A DNA stretch of 64,000 nucleotides from Octopus sinensis (lineage: Eukaryota): assembly GCF_006345805.1 (NCBI RefSeq), contig NC_043003.1:91574001-91638000 (forward strand). Reading direction: 5' to 3'. Below the pieces are notes generated by a model. It was given only the letters and a program-made list of their open reading frames with translations, was not told where the DNA came from and searched no databases. Position numbers and translations under genes: made by a program. Numbering within the stretch: the first letter of the stretch is position 1; each line of letters begins with the position of its first letter. Shown piece after piece: positions 13,591-26,920 of this stretch.

Positions 13591-15138
13591 AAAGGATTAT
13601 TTCTATTATCAACACTATAAATATAAGCAGTATGCTAAACTCAATGTCGTTTATGTAATTTCGCCCCAAATTGATGTTGGGTTTTACTTCATCTGATGTT
13701 GATAAGATGAATATCTCTAGATCTCTGTCGGTCAAGGGTCGAAGTTTGACCATAAATCTGCACTTGTGGATCTCATCTCTAAAGCAAAAATCTTTAATGA
13801 AGACCAGTAGTTTTCCAAGCAGCACCCCTCCCCTCTTCTTGCCATCATTAAGACTGTTTTTCACAGGAGGCGAGCTACTCTTCCAGTGTAAAGATTGAAA
13901 AGTGGGGTGGTTGATAACTTGCCATGTTTAATAAAACTGAGATAGTTTTAAACTTTCTAAACTTGTCCGTCCTTACAAAAGAACTATTATCAATGTAAAC
14001 CATTTTGTTTTTTCTTTAATAAGGATGAAGAAGGACAATTTTTGGGTGGTAGTGGTGAGAGATGGACTGATTTATGTCATTTTGAGAACACTTGATTCAA
14101 GGGAGAGGAATGGGCTAATACAGCTTGGTTCTAGTGTTGTATTTGAGCTCAGAACACGAAAAATCTGGAATAAATACTGCAAGCAATGTCTGCCCTAAAC
14201 TCCAACAATTCTGCCAATTCACTGACCAGAAGGATGAAATGCAAAGTTGACCTCAGTGAGACTTGAACTTGGAAAATGAAAAACCAATGCATTTTCTGTG
14301 ATTCTACCAATCCATCTTAACACACACATACATGCAGTCTTTCATCTGTTAGTTTTATATTCGTTTTTTTTTTTTCCCTCAACTGACATAGAGTACTTGC
14401 TTCAAGTATTACATAAATCAAACCCAGTATTACATGGTTGTACCTACAAACAGGAAGAGTGCAAATTTCAGTGGAAAGAATAATGATAAATGACCCAAGT
14501 GTCTATAATAAGATTGTAGGGTAGAGGATGTAAGAAGATATCCAGAGAGAGAGAGGAGCACATGAGAATAGCAAAATCTTTATCAGTTCAAACATGTAGA
14601 AATTGTTGTAATAGTTGGAGAAGAGGTTGACATAAGAGACAAGATGTCTTTGAGCCAGAAATTATAGTACACAGGTGATTAAACCTTTGTTGGACGATAT
14701 CTAGGATTCTTGTGTGAGTAGCAACAGCAGTAGTAGCTAACATATATGAAATGAATTAATTCCATTTATGTATCTGCAAAACTTGTATGTGAAACTCAGA
14801 GTAACGATGAGGTGAAGCAAAAGTGAGGATAAAAGATGAATAGAACTTTATGGTCCAAAAACGGAAAACAAACAGCTCCTTGATATCAAGCTGTCAGACA
14901 TCATTGGGCTTCGAACAAAAGCTAAAAGCCATTATACTAGGGGGAACTGAAAAATTCCTGGCTTTAAGGGTATTGCAAAAGGCCTGATTGGAGGCCCAAC
15001 CTTCTGAGATCTTTTACAGGGCTTAGAAAAACGGAAGAACCACTTCAATAAATGTGTGAATCTAAAGGGGAAACTGATCCTCCTGTATTTTCTTTACCCC
15101 AAAGCAGAAACTTTTCAGAACATCCTTAATCCTTATAT

Positions 15139-15171
<33 letters not shown>

Positions 15172-15555
15172 CATATGTATAAAAATAATATAGAATTTAT
15201 CGACAGCACTTTCACACACTCTCTCTATGTCTGTCTGCATTCATAGAGAGAATTATTATCGCCACCACCACTGCTCAATCATGAGAACAAATATTATGAA
15301 TCAGATATTTATTGGGTTAATTTATATGTGTGTGCGTTCTATATATAAATATTTATATATAATGTATATATACAAAGTGTATGTATCTGTATTTATATAT
15401 ATATATAATTTGTATACATTTGTATGTATAATGTGTATACACACACACATATATATATATAATGCGTATATATGTACATATATATATTAATTGTGTATAT
15501 ATATATATATATAATGTGTGCATTATGTGGTCGGTTGAGCTGAAAATATGCACAC

Positions 15556-17063
15556 CTATGTGTGCTGCCGAGTTTGCATGGGAAAAATTTTTTTCCTCAA
15601 ATGAAAGGCGTGACCTCTAGGACAAAATTCCTCATCTTATAAAATGTGGCCCGAGTAGACCCGAATGAAATCAGCTTATATTAACCAAAATGTGAAAAGG
15701 GGTCTAAATGGGGCTGGAAGGGGATTAAAATTTACAGGAGCAGGTGTTTAGAAATTCTCTGTTACATCAAGCTAAAAAATTTGCGCCAGCCTTTAAATCG
15801 TCAATGTGTTGGCATCCACGATGAAGAAGTTTTGAATGCTTGCCATGGTGAGTCTACTGTCGTGAGAAAGAATCACTTCAAAACTTGGTGTTTACGAATT
15901 TTCTTTTACATCAAGTTCAAAATTTTATGCCAGCCTTAAACTGCCACTACGTTGCTGTCCGTCATTAAGAAATGCCAGCCATGGTGACTCTACTATCCTT
16001 AGATTCTATCCCTTCAAACTTTGGTTTCCAATATTTTTTTAATTTTTATTCAGCTCACAAGTTCGTCTGTCCCTTTTAAATGTTAGTGTTTTGCTGTCTG
16101 CCTTGAAGCAGACCTTTCCGTAGTCACTGCCTGATATTTATGATTGATCTTTCAAGATATATTCTTTCTGAACTTACTCAAGATCTTTTGTTGTTTATAA
16201 ATGGGAGAGAGATAAATAGAGAAAGATAGAGAGTAAGAGAAAGCGAGAGAGTGTCCGAGAGAGAGGAAAATTAAGAGAGTGGGAAAGTGAGAGAGAAAGG
16301 AGAGCAAAACAAAGAGGGAGAATGTGGTGATAAAAAACAGAAAGTAACAACCATACTCTTACCCATGCGTAGAGTGGGTCACCTTAAGCTAGTCTCCTAT
16401 ATTAAATAGTAAAAATTCTATGTCTATAAGGAAACTACTCAGTCCATCTTGATTACCTCACCTCCATTTTTTAATATATCATTGACCCCGGATATTCCTA
16501 CCTAACTGATTAGTTTTTTCTCCGCGGGTAGTAAATATTATGTCTAACAGATTCTTTAATTTAATTCATTAATAACAAATCACCATCTACTAAATCTAAG
16601 AAAAATAATCTTCTTGATTACTTCTCTTCCTAAAAATGAATCACCATCTACTAAACCTAAGAAAATGACTCATCTTGATTACTCCTCTTCCGCTTTTCCT
16701 AATATATATCATTGACCCCTAATATATTCACTTAATTAATAAGACTTCTGTCCATAGTTATTGAATATTATGTCTATTCATAATAAATGATAGGTTTTTT
16801 TTCTCCAAAATTAATAAATATTAGATTTATAATTCTCTATTAATCCAACTTATTAAAATAATCAACACCTAATAGCCAAGTATAATCTTATAGATCAAAG
16901 CGGATGCATATTTGTATATGTTTGTATATGTGTAAAGGAATCTCTGTATTTGCTATAATTATTTAGTATATGGTTGTTCAATGTGATCATTTAGCATTGT
17001 AAAATGATGTAGCATGAAACGATTGTATCAAATTACCGAAGATATTCTTGTTGCTTATTTTGA

Positions 17064-17125
<62 letters not shown>

Positions 17126-18601
17126 GCTGTCTAGATTCCGCAGGTCTTAACTGCTAGTAGCTGAGATACCAACTTTCTACATTAATAACTCTCCAACCCA
17201 TGCCAGCATGGAACACGGACGTTAAGTGAAATGTTAAAAGAAAGTTTTCAACTCATATATGTATATAAAGTAAACACACATAATTCAAAAACATGTTTTG
17301 TGTAGCTTATTACATAACCAAAAAATAGGTTCAGATTATAAAGAATGAAATGCCGATTTTGGTGATCCATTTGATAGAGGTAGTAGAGAGCCAATCTGAT
17401 GATAAATCTGACCTGGATTTTGAAAGTTTGCATGAATCCTGGCTCAGTTATATCTCTTTTGGCTCCAAATGATGTCATCTGTAGTGCAGCATTGTATTGC
17501 ATAATTCTGTTTTGGAAGTGTTTGGACTCTTGGCCAGTTGATGACAACAGTCTCTTCAATTCCTCTGGAGGTCATGGGATTGCAAGGAGTTCAACCTTTC
17601 CACCACTGCAGCACAGTGTAAGTGTCTCTCCAGGTCACTTCCTTTCTTTACAATGTATGCACTCTCTTGTCATTGCACCAATGGAAACTCTAGTGTCATC
17701 TCAAAATGAGCTACTGGATCATAATTGAAAGCTGCTTTATAGAAGTTGCTTCTCTGAGCTGTTGCAACTGCTTTTTGTTCTGCAGTGGAGATCCTATTCC
17801 TTGTCAGCCGTGCATACTTCTATTCATCACTTTGAGATGCTCTGGCTTTTGTAGTGCACAGTCTGTTCATTTCTTGGTATGCTTCCATTTCTGCTGCTGT
17901 CTCTCTTTCCCTGGCCAGAAACATTATGTTGGCTGACCTTGACATTGTAGTCAAATTTGACACTTTTCTTCTAGGCATGGTTATATATGTATACTGAAAT
18001 ACACAGGTGCAGAATATAGCAAACAATGAAAATAACTGTGTAACAGAAATTATATTTCTTAATACAACATGCAGAAAGTAAATAAGAAATTTTTATGGAA
18101 AATAAAGAATTGTACAGGTTGAAGTGAAATTTGTCACTTAGTGAACCAAAGAGCCACTATTGAAGGAACCAGAAAAAAGCTGTAAACAACAGAAAAATAC
18201 AAAACTGTTGCAAAAGTAAATAAGAAATTTTTAGGAAAATTAATTAAGTGTACAGATTGAAATGAAATTTATGAAGTTACTTCTGTCAGTAAATTATGCA
18301 TGAAATTACTTTCATCAGTAATGGTGAACTTCTTTCTGTCAGTAATTTGTCACTGTTGTTTGTAAATAGTGATTGAAAACTTACAGTGAAAACAATAGCA
18401 TCTCAAAAATGAAATTGAAAACAACAGAGTAAGATATAGAGAGAGGGGAAGAGAGAGCTAGTTAGTTAGACAAATAAGATAGATAAGACATAGACAGATA
18501 GATAGATAGATAGTTATAGAGATAGAGATGGTTAGAGAGGTATATAAAGATAGAGATATGTGTGAAAAGTGAATACATGCATCTCTATTTTATATATTAG
18601 A
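15556..18601 (-). mobile_element. Decayed, internally deleted Helitron
   Basis: Minus-strand 5' end A|TCTAATATATAAAA at 18601; (GATA/GACA)n near the 5' end; interrupted Rep/Hel N-terminal coding remnant; degenerate 3' hairpin CCCATGCAAACTCGGCAGC followed by CATAG (expected CTAG) at ~15556; internal tandem duplications at ~15740-16010 and 16575-16695. The 3' boundary is approximate. Confidence 0.75.
17330..17978 (-). pseudogene. Helitron Rep/helicase N-terminal coding remnant
   Basis: MPRRKVSNL...C.HC...PGETLTLCCSGGKVELL..P.PPEELKRLL...SKHFQNRIMQYNAALQMTSFGA...FMQTFKIQ matches the Helitron zinc-finger plus YN.AFQMTSFG motif; several in-frame stops. Confidence 0.88.
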
Positions 18602-18787
18602 TGAAATTGTGATAATTTTTTGACCAGTGGATGTAAGGGGGGGACAATCAGTTTCTGGAAGTTACTTCATAAAGAGTTACCTCCCTTCTCCACAGAACAC
18701 CAGAACGGATATTTTCTGCCCCCAGGAGGCCTGTTAATCATTATGTGAAAAATGTTAAGAGTCTAAAGCCATCTCTGGAACATAAGT

Positions 18788-18985
18788 AATGTATGTTCCC
18801 AGTTTGGAAAAAATCAGTTGAAAAATATGGCCGTTATATTCTTTTACACACATACAGAACAGGATTTATATTATAAATGTATGTTCCCAGTTTGGAGAAA
18901 ATCAGTTGAAAATACTGCTGTTATAATCTTTTACATACACACATATGCACACATATACTCACACAGAGAACAGGACTTACATTAT
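18788..18985. repeat. Tandem duplication, first unit 88 bp
   Basis: AATGTATGTTCCCAGTTTGG...ACAGGA(T/C)TTA(T/C)ATTATA starts at 18788 and again at 18876. Confidence 0.85.
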
Positions 18986-21900
18986 AGATACATACAGCTA
19001 ATATACTCTTACCTTATTCAATGCAAATTTTTAGATTGCCCAACAGACCATTAGACATACATCAACTCCATATTATTAGTTGATCTCAGATGAAGGCAGC
19101 AAGCTGGCAGAATCATTTGCACATTGGAAAAATGGTTAGTAGCATTTGTTCTGACTCTTTAGGTTCTGATTTCAAATCCTACTGTGGTCAACTTCGTTTT
19201 CATCCTTTTAATGCAGATAAAATAAAGTACTAGTTATGTATTGGAGTCAATATGATTGACTGAACCCCTTCTAAAAATCACTGACCTTGTGCCAAAATTT
19301 GAAACCATAATTTGATCTCAGACAGAATTTTAGAAAGTGGTGGCAGTGGATCTCTGTATTTCAGCAGTGAGGATACAATTAATCAACTGAATTAACATGT
19401 ATGTGGCTGAGTATTCCATAGACATTTCTATCCTTAATTCTCAGGAATTACATGCACAATATACATGGCAGGCTTCTGTACAGTTTCCATCAGCCCATTA
19501 CTCACAAGATAATGGGTCAATCTGAGGCAATAGCAAATGAAATTTTTTCCAAGATGCTAGGCAATAAGATTGTACCTGAGACCTTGTGGTTGTGAAGCCA
19601 ACTTCTTAACCAGTCACCCCTGGTATACCTACAAGTATATACAAATGGGAAAAATAATAATTAAGAAAGAAAAATCATGATTTTTTCCAACCTCTCAGTT
19701 ACTAGCAGTTAAGTATCTCAGCTACTTGCAGTTAAGACCTGCGTAATCTAGACAGTGTTTTATTTTTCTTAAACCTTAACTTTGGCCACAAAATTGATTC
19801 ACAAGGAAACTAAATATATATTCAATAATTTATGTTAAAGTGGTGAACTTGCAGAATCATTAACCCACTGGATGAAATGCTTAGCAGCTTTCGTCCGTCT
19901 TCACGTTCTGAGTCCAAATTCCACCAAGGTTGACTTTGCTTTTCATCCTTTTGGAGTTGATAAAATAAGTACCAGTTGTGTATTGGCGTCAATGCAATCA
20001 ATTTAGCTCTCCCCTGAAATTGCTGGTCTTGTACCATAATTTGAGATCAATAATTTATGTATTATGAGAAGCTTATACATTCTATTCTTATAATTGTAAT
20101 GCATCACTTCACAATCACTGCACCAGCCAATGTCCTCTGACTTAATTTGGTAGATGAAAACTATAAGAAGTCAATTATATATGTATGTGTGTGTGTGTGT
20201 ACATGTTTGTGTTTGTCCATCCCCACCATTTGACAACTGGTTTGTTTAAATCCCTGTAACTTAACAGGTCAGCAAGAGACACTGATAGAATAAATACCAG
20301 ACTTAAAATGTGTACTGGGATCAATTTGTTCAACTAACCTTGCAACGTGGTACTCCAGCATGGTTACAGTCCAATGAGTAAAACAAGTAAAAGGGTATAC
20401 TATAGGATTCTACCTATTCATACTCTGAATACTTCCATGCGTGCCTGCACGTATCTTTGTAAGCAGGTGTATGCATCTCAAAAAAAAAAGATATAGCTTG
20501 CTCAGTTGATAGAATATTGATTTCAAAATTTGATTTAGGGGAGGGTAAGCCAGTTACATCAACCTCCAATATTCAACTGGTACTTACTTTATTAACCCCC
20601 AAACCCCAAAGGGATGTAAACAAAGTCAAAGTCAACCTCAGCAGAATCTGAACTCAGGTCATAAAGACAGATGAAATGCCACTAAACATTTTGCACGGCA
20701 TGCTAACAATTCTGCCAGCTCACAGCCTTTAGCTGATAGAATATTACTATTAGTCAACTTTTGGTCAGTGGTTCATATTTTCTCTCTTGTACTTCTCAGT
20801 CATAGACTCTTAAAGTCTCAATATCCTAAGCCATCTATATGTAAAAATATACCTTGAGAAGGTATAATTCACTTCTGAAAGCAGTGGAAGTATTGCTTGA
20901 AAGTTTGTAGAGTTTTGAACATTTCTCATTTTTGTATATGGGAAAGATAGCCAATCTTCATCATCATTTAATGTCCACTTCACCATGCTTGCATGGGTCA
21001 GACAGAATTTATTGCAATAGATTTTCTAAAGCTGGATGCCCTTCTTACCACCAACTCTTACCTTTTTCTAGGCAAGGTAATATTTTCCCATGGCCCAACA
21101 TGTTTTTCATAGAAGACTGGAAATGAACAGCCTCACTGACAATCATGTTCATTTACAAGTATCATGTGATATCAAGAAAAGGGTACACACATATATGTAT
21201 ATACAATGAGCTTCTCTCAGTTTCCATTCATCAAATCCACTCACAAAGCTTTGATTGGCCCCAGGCTGCAGTAGAAGATATTTGCCCAATGTGCTGTGCA
21301 GTGGGACTGAAATATATATATATTTTTGTTAATGGTTTGGTTTGAATGAAGGGCTTTTGCCCATGGCCTCTTTATAGCCTCCAGAAGAGTGAAATCAAAG
21401 CAGTTAATGTTCTTGAACTGTATGTTAACTGCTATAGGAAAAACATGAATGGTGAAGAATTTCTGGATGATTGGAAAGGTTGGATTGGCTTTACTGGCAA
21501 GTATGGAAGCCTTGGTGGGGGACATAATATGAGTGATGGTGATTGGGCAGACCTAAATAGAGGTAAAGCATCACATTGTGAAGAACAGTGGCTGCCATAA
21601 TAGAAGTAGGAGAGGGAGAAGTTGGTGAATATTGACAAGTGACTTGAGAAAACTTTTGAAAGATGCTGTCTAGAATGTTTATATATGTAGCTGTGATATT
21701 GATGCAGAAATAGGAGCATTGTAGGTCTCACTCAAATTTTATATGGAATTAGTAATTTTAGGGAACTAAGCACAGCCACATTAAAGTATCTGCACACTCT
21801 GCTGTTGCCCCACGGCCCCACTGGTCTAAGGGTCCAATTCTGATCTACATATGTTGTGGTTTGCTGTCACTAAAGAATACTATAGGGCCTAGTGCATTGA

Positions 21901-22681
21901 TTTGCCCTGGGGCCTATAAAGCTGCTAAAATGGTCTGGGAGTTGAGGTATTTTGTGGCCTTAAAGAGGAAGGCCAGTCTTTGTAATGCAGTTTTTTATGC
22001 GTTTAGGATGAAAAAAGATTAAGTATTTGTTGCAACTTTGTTAGTTACATGCTTTACGTGTTTATGTGTTTGGGTTAGAAAACAAGATTGGTTTTTGTAA
22101 GTTTCGTGGTTGTTGTAACGGGAATTGTGATGATATATGTTGGATTTGGCAGTCACCAATTGTAAGTGTTGTTGCTTTTGCAGATGTGCAAGATGAAAGA
22201 AGAACAGGGATCCAAGTTGTAAACAAACATTTATTTACCGTTACATATTGTAGATTTCCCTTGTCTAGGTGAGTTTCTGTTCTCATCATTGTGTAGTAGT
22301 AAACCACAGATAGAGATAGGGTAATGTTGTAGAGTAAAGAAAGTGAGCGAGTGAAAGCTATAGAGTCAAGGGAAGTTGTATGTATCATAGTGACTGATTG
22401 TTTTCTTTCTCCCTTTGTCTTAAGTGGCTGTCTGCCTGTAGCCATCTCTAGTTGCTTCCATTCACTAACTGATTTTGGCTTACAGAGTTCTAGTATTTAT
22501 AACAATATAAAGTAAAGTATAGAAGCCATCTTATCATGGCTAACCACATTGGGGAGGGGGTGTTACTGTAGCTTTATAGCCCCAAGAGATCTTCGTCTCT
22601 AGCTGGCTTTAGACACAATATCTGTGTCCTTGGAGTATTTGCGAAGGGAGGCCATCCCTTCCTCGCAAGCCTGAGTGATAT

Positions 22682-22723
22682 GCTCGAACTAGTTTCGGGA
22701 TTGTTGTCCCTCGTCAACGGGCG
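22682..22723 (-). ncRNA. Second minimal hammerhead-like motif in the inverted arm
   Basis: Reverse complement reads cgcccg TTGACGA GGGA-caacaa-TCCC GAAA CTAG TT cgagc. Confidence 0.65.
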
Positions 22724-22992
22724 GTAACCACCAGGTAGCAATGAAAGTGAAGGCTCCTTTGCAAATATATATAAGTTTTTCTAATGGCGTCAGTAACACC
22801 CCCTCACCAATGTGGTTAGCCATGATAAGATGGCTTCTATACTTTACATTATCGAGCGATTACTGTTTCAATCTCATTCTGAGATTTAATTATGCTTACT
22901 GTTTGTTTTTCGACATCAGTGGCAGACGCCATTAGAAAAACTTATATATATTTGCAAAGGAGCCTTCACTTTCATCGCTACCTGGTGGTTAC

Positions 22993-23035
22993 CACCCGTT
23001 GACGAGGGACAACAATCCCGAAACTAGTTCGAGCG
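22993..23035 (+). ncRNA. Minimal type I hammerhead ribozyme-like motif (U3 variant)
   Basis: cacccg TTGACGA GGGA-caacaa-TCCC GAAA CTAG TT cgagcg: core (C/U)UGANGA, 4-bp helix II, GAAA, 1-bp helix III with palindromic CTAG loop, UH, imperfect helix I. Confidence 0.65.
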
Positions 23036-26000
23036 TATCACTCAGGCTTGCGAGGAAGGGATGGCCTCCCTTTACAAATACTCCAAGGACACAGATATTG
23101 TGTCTAAAGCCAGCTAGAGACGAAGATCTCTTGGGGCTATAAAGCTACAGTAACACCCCCTCCCCAATGTGGTTAGCCATAATAAGATGGCTTCTATACT
23201 TTACATTATCGAGCGATTACTGTTTCAATCTCATTCTGAGATTTAATTATGCCCTAACAATATAAAGCTAGTCAGAAAAATAGATGTACTGCAAAGACAA
23301 TGGATATACTTTGGTGGGAGGTGGGTGACTGTTATCTCAATTCAATTCTCCACTGCATACATGAAGTTAGAAGGGTCAAGTGGCAAAGATATAAATCAGC
23401 CTGGCAAAGCCATATATTAAATGGAACCATTGCTTTTCTGTGAGAAAAACACTGTTTAAATATTATGGAAAATTTACCGATTCAGGTTCGAATCTACTCT
23501 GTGCCTAAATGAAGTCACTACATTACCCCCCCCCTCGAGAATTTGTAAGAAAAAAAATCTTACGATCTAGGAAGAGAAAGAAATACATGACCGAGGAAAA
23601 TTTTCACATAACGGGAGAGAGGATCATTGGAGTGTATACAGGACAATTTTCTACTTGGATAGGTCCAAATAGAGGTGTGGCTTTGCGTGCAAAAATATGC
23701 AGTCAGTACCTGGGCAGTGTGGGAATGAGTTAGTGTTTACATGTGTGTGAGGGCATATACATGAGTGCAGGTGCACTTATCAAAATTTACTATAAAGCAA
23801 GCTCAGGTGATATTGCAGATCTTCCTGCAGGATTGCAGTGTATGAAGTACCTTGAAGGTTTTTTAGAAGCGACATGTCTGGCGCTGTTGTCATGGGTAAT
23901 TGCTGAGGTTAGCAAGAAAGACAGTGCAGCTATACTGGAGTGATGTGTGAGACAAGTAACTTTATTTATTACATGACCAAACAGGGGTCTAACAGAGGGA
24001 CATTATGTCTAAAATGAGCTCAGAGCATGTGAACATCCGACATGCATCTAGTCGGGAAAAGAGTCGAGCTAGCACAGACGTGTTGAAAACAAAGCAGTTG
24101 AGGTATAATACCATGGTGTATGTGTGCAAATGGGCTCATGGCTGAGGCAGTGTTAGTGCAGTAATTCTGAATACAGTGTTGAATATGCCAGTGATTGAAG
24201 TATTAAATGCTTTGAAATGTGCAGGAGTGAAAGTGAGGCATGTTGGTGCATTGTAAAGTACAAACAACTTTCTCCATTAAATATGTGACTGACCAAGGGT
24301 CTAATAGAAGTATGTTGCATCTACAAGGCTACAGAGTGGATGAGAAATAAATGAGAAAGGTATGCTGTGATGCATGAATGTGACAGTGTATGAACCTTGT
24401 GTGGTGCAGCAAAAAGGAATGAACAGTATAAAAATGAGTAAACAAAAGTGGCAAACTTAGCTGAGTGAGAACAGAATAGTGGATAATGATCCTAGGTGGA
24501 AAGATGTGGGAAAAGTAAGAGGGGATGTTGGGTGAGTATGTCAGGGAACAGGGGAGGGAAGGGATTAGTGATGGGTCAAAAAGGAAGGGATGCAAGGCTG
24601 AATCTATAATAATATAAAAAGAAATGGTAACAGCTGTGGTTTCTGGGAAGTGAAAGAATTCTTGAAAATAAGCGCTAATTATAAACTAAAGTGCCAAGTA
24701 GGTAAAGTATTCATCTTGCTTGCTTATGGATTATGAATTCGAATCTTCTGCAGGACATTTTCTTCTACATTATCTCTATTTTCCTAGCTATTAGGAATAG
24801 GCATCAGATTATCTAACAATTTAACCTGTGTTGGACTGGTGGATAGATTACACTGAGTAACATGATTTTTGTCCTTGGGTAGCTGCTGTTATTTTCTATT
24901 TGCTTACCCCTAGAAAGTATGAAAAGTGGTTAATATATCCTTCAAACTTTGCTTTTGTTACATTTATTCAAACCCCAAATAATCCCGCTCAACACATGAC
25001 TATGATGCTCTCCTACTATTCCTGTTCATGATCAGAGATGCACATATTGTCAGCTACTAAGACATATGCTCAACTGGTTAATGTCAAGTAACTGATAAGC
25101 AAATTTGTGGTATTGGGCAGAATATTTACTATAACAATCTTTATGCTTCAGCAACTCAGCACTGAATCTATCTGAAATGTAATGGAAAATAGGCCAGTTT
25201 CAAAACATTGATATCCAGGTCACAAAAGCAAAGTTTGAAGGGAATAGTAGTCATTCCTTTGATTTTTAGATAGAAGTGAATAGGAAATGACATTTACGAC
25301 CAAAGGCAAAAAAAAAAAAGCACTAAAAATTTCGTTATACAGTATTATATTTCACTCTAAGCTTTTATACTGAAATGAATTAATTTTGTAATGTGAAGTT
25401 GTCTTAATAGCTCGTGATATATTAATAACATTAATACTTTGAATAAACCTTCTATATACTGAAGGGTAAATGGAATGAAAATCGTGAAAACAATTTCAGT
25501 TGCAGTGCATTAAGTAGTCCTAAAACCAGCCAATCATGTTCAAAGGGCATATATTGTTATTTTTGTATTAAATTGTTGTCATCATTTTAATGTCCATTTT
25601 GCTATGCATGGGTCAGATGGAATTCATTGAAGTAGATTTTCTATAGCCTGATGTCTTTCCTGTTGCTAAATCTTACCTGTTTAGATGTAATGTAATATTT
25701 CTCCATGGCAAGACATGTTTTCACAAAACATTAGAAATGAGGACTCCACTTGGTGATTCTCTTTTACGACTATCATGTGATGTCAAGACAAGGAGACACA
25801 ACCCCCCCCCACATACACATATATAATCCTTTCTACTATAGGCACAAGGCCTGAAATTTTGAGGGGATGGGACTAATTGATTAATCTGATCCCAGTATAC
25901 AACTGGCACTTATTTATCAACCCCAAAAGAGAAAGGCAAAATCAATCTATGCAGTGGGATTGAACCTGAAATCATGGTTGGGAAGCTAACTTGTTGACAA

Positions 26001-26565
26001 CATAGCCATGTCTGCACCTATATCAGTAAGTCTTACTGATGGTATATTTGGAATCAGCACACCCAATACACCCACAAAGAATCGACCTAACTACTAAGGC
26101 ACCAAAATGCAAGATATAAGTGGGATTCCTAATTTCAGTATATAAAGGATTATGCTGTATCTTCAAACATAAACTGATGAAGAAAAACTAATGGTATGTT
26201 TGGAATCAGCACCCAGAATGTACCCCATAATTGATCTAACTTTCCAGTCAGCAGAATGTTTTGTTCACACATCAACATTACAGCCTATGATCAATTGTGA
26301 TTGAGCAGACTTATGATTCCAGCTGTGACTTATCTTTTGCAATAGTGTGTGTGTGTGTGTGTAGAAGATGCACAGGAGACATTAAGTCTACAGATAGATG
26401 GGGAAATTGATTTTCTTACATGATCTGAAGACTCTCTAGAGATTGTAGATAATTTCTGTTATATAGATGATCTAATTAGCAGTGAGGGAGGATGTTCCAA
26501 ATGTGTAATTACTAGAATAAGAATAGGATGGAAAAAATTCAGTGCTTTTCCAAAGATTTCTCTCT

Positions 26566-26920
26566 CAGAGTGAAAGGAAAATTGTATAATGCTTGTGCAT
26601 GAATTGTAATGCTACATGGTAGTGAGACATGCCTCTAAATGCAGAGGACATGTGAAGACTAGAGAGAAATGAAGCTAGTATGCTCCGCTGGATGTGCAAT
26701 ATCAGTGTACATGTATGGCAGAGTGCATTGAGAGAAAAGTTAGGCATAACAGGAATGAAACTAATGGAAGAGAGAGAGAGACTCAGGAAGACATGAGACA
26801 AAGTATTGAAGGTTGATCTAATGATGCTGAGCTTTATTGGAAGAGATGACAAAGGATCAAGATATCAGGTGCCTTGCTGTGCTTGAGAAAACCCACTCAC
26901 CACAACAGAATTGATACCCT
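26566..26920 (+). pseudogene. Decayed RTE-clade LINE ORF2 C-terminal fragment
   Basis: Translates with breaks as RVKGKLYNAC...MLHGSET...EDM.RLERNEASMLRWMCNISVH...LREKLGI; a related remnant lies at ~11280-11560 on the minus strand. Confidence 0.7.

Larger units (their letters stand above)
22513..23254. mobile_element. Non-coding Penelope-like (pLTR) / retrozyme-like insertion with an inverted 5' arm and 13-bp TSD
   Basis: TSD TAACAATATAAAG at 22500-22512 and 23255-23267; 280-bp inverted repeat 22512-22791 / 22925-23204 (6 mismatches); direct repeat 22791-22895 / 23148-23252 (period 357). Inverted plus partial tandem pseudo-LTRs are the typical PLE layout. Confidence 0.8.
22161..23522 (-). mobile_element. 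LTR of an LTR retrotransposon (~607 nt after removing the nested insertion)
   Basis: Minus strand begins TGTAGTG (23522) and ends CACTTACA (22161); TATAAATA at 22501-22494; AATAAA at 22235-22230; PBS-like TGGTGAC follows 2 nt after the end; polypurine GAGGGGGGGGG lies just before the start. Confidence 0.72.
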
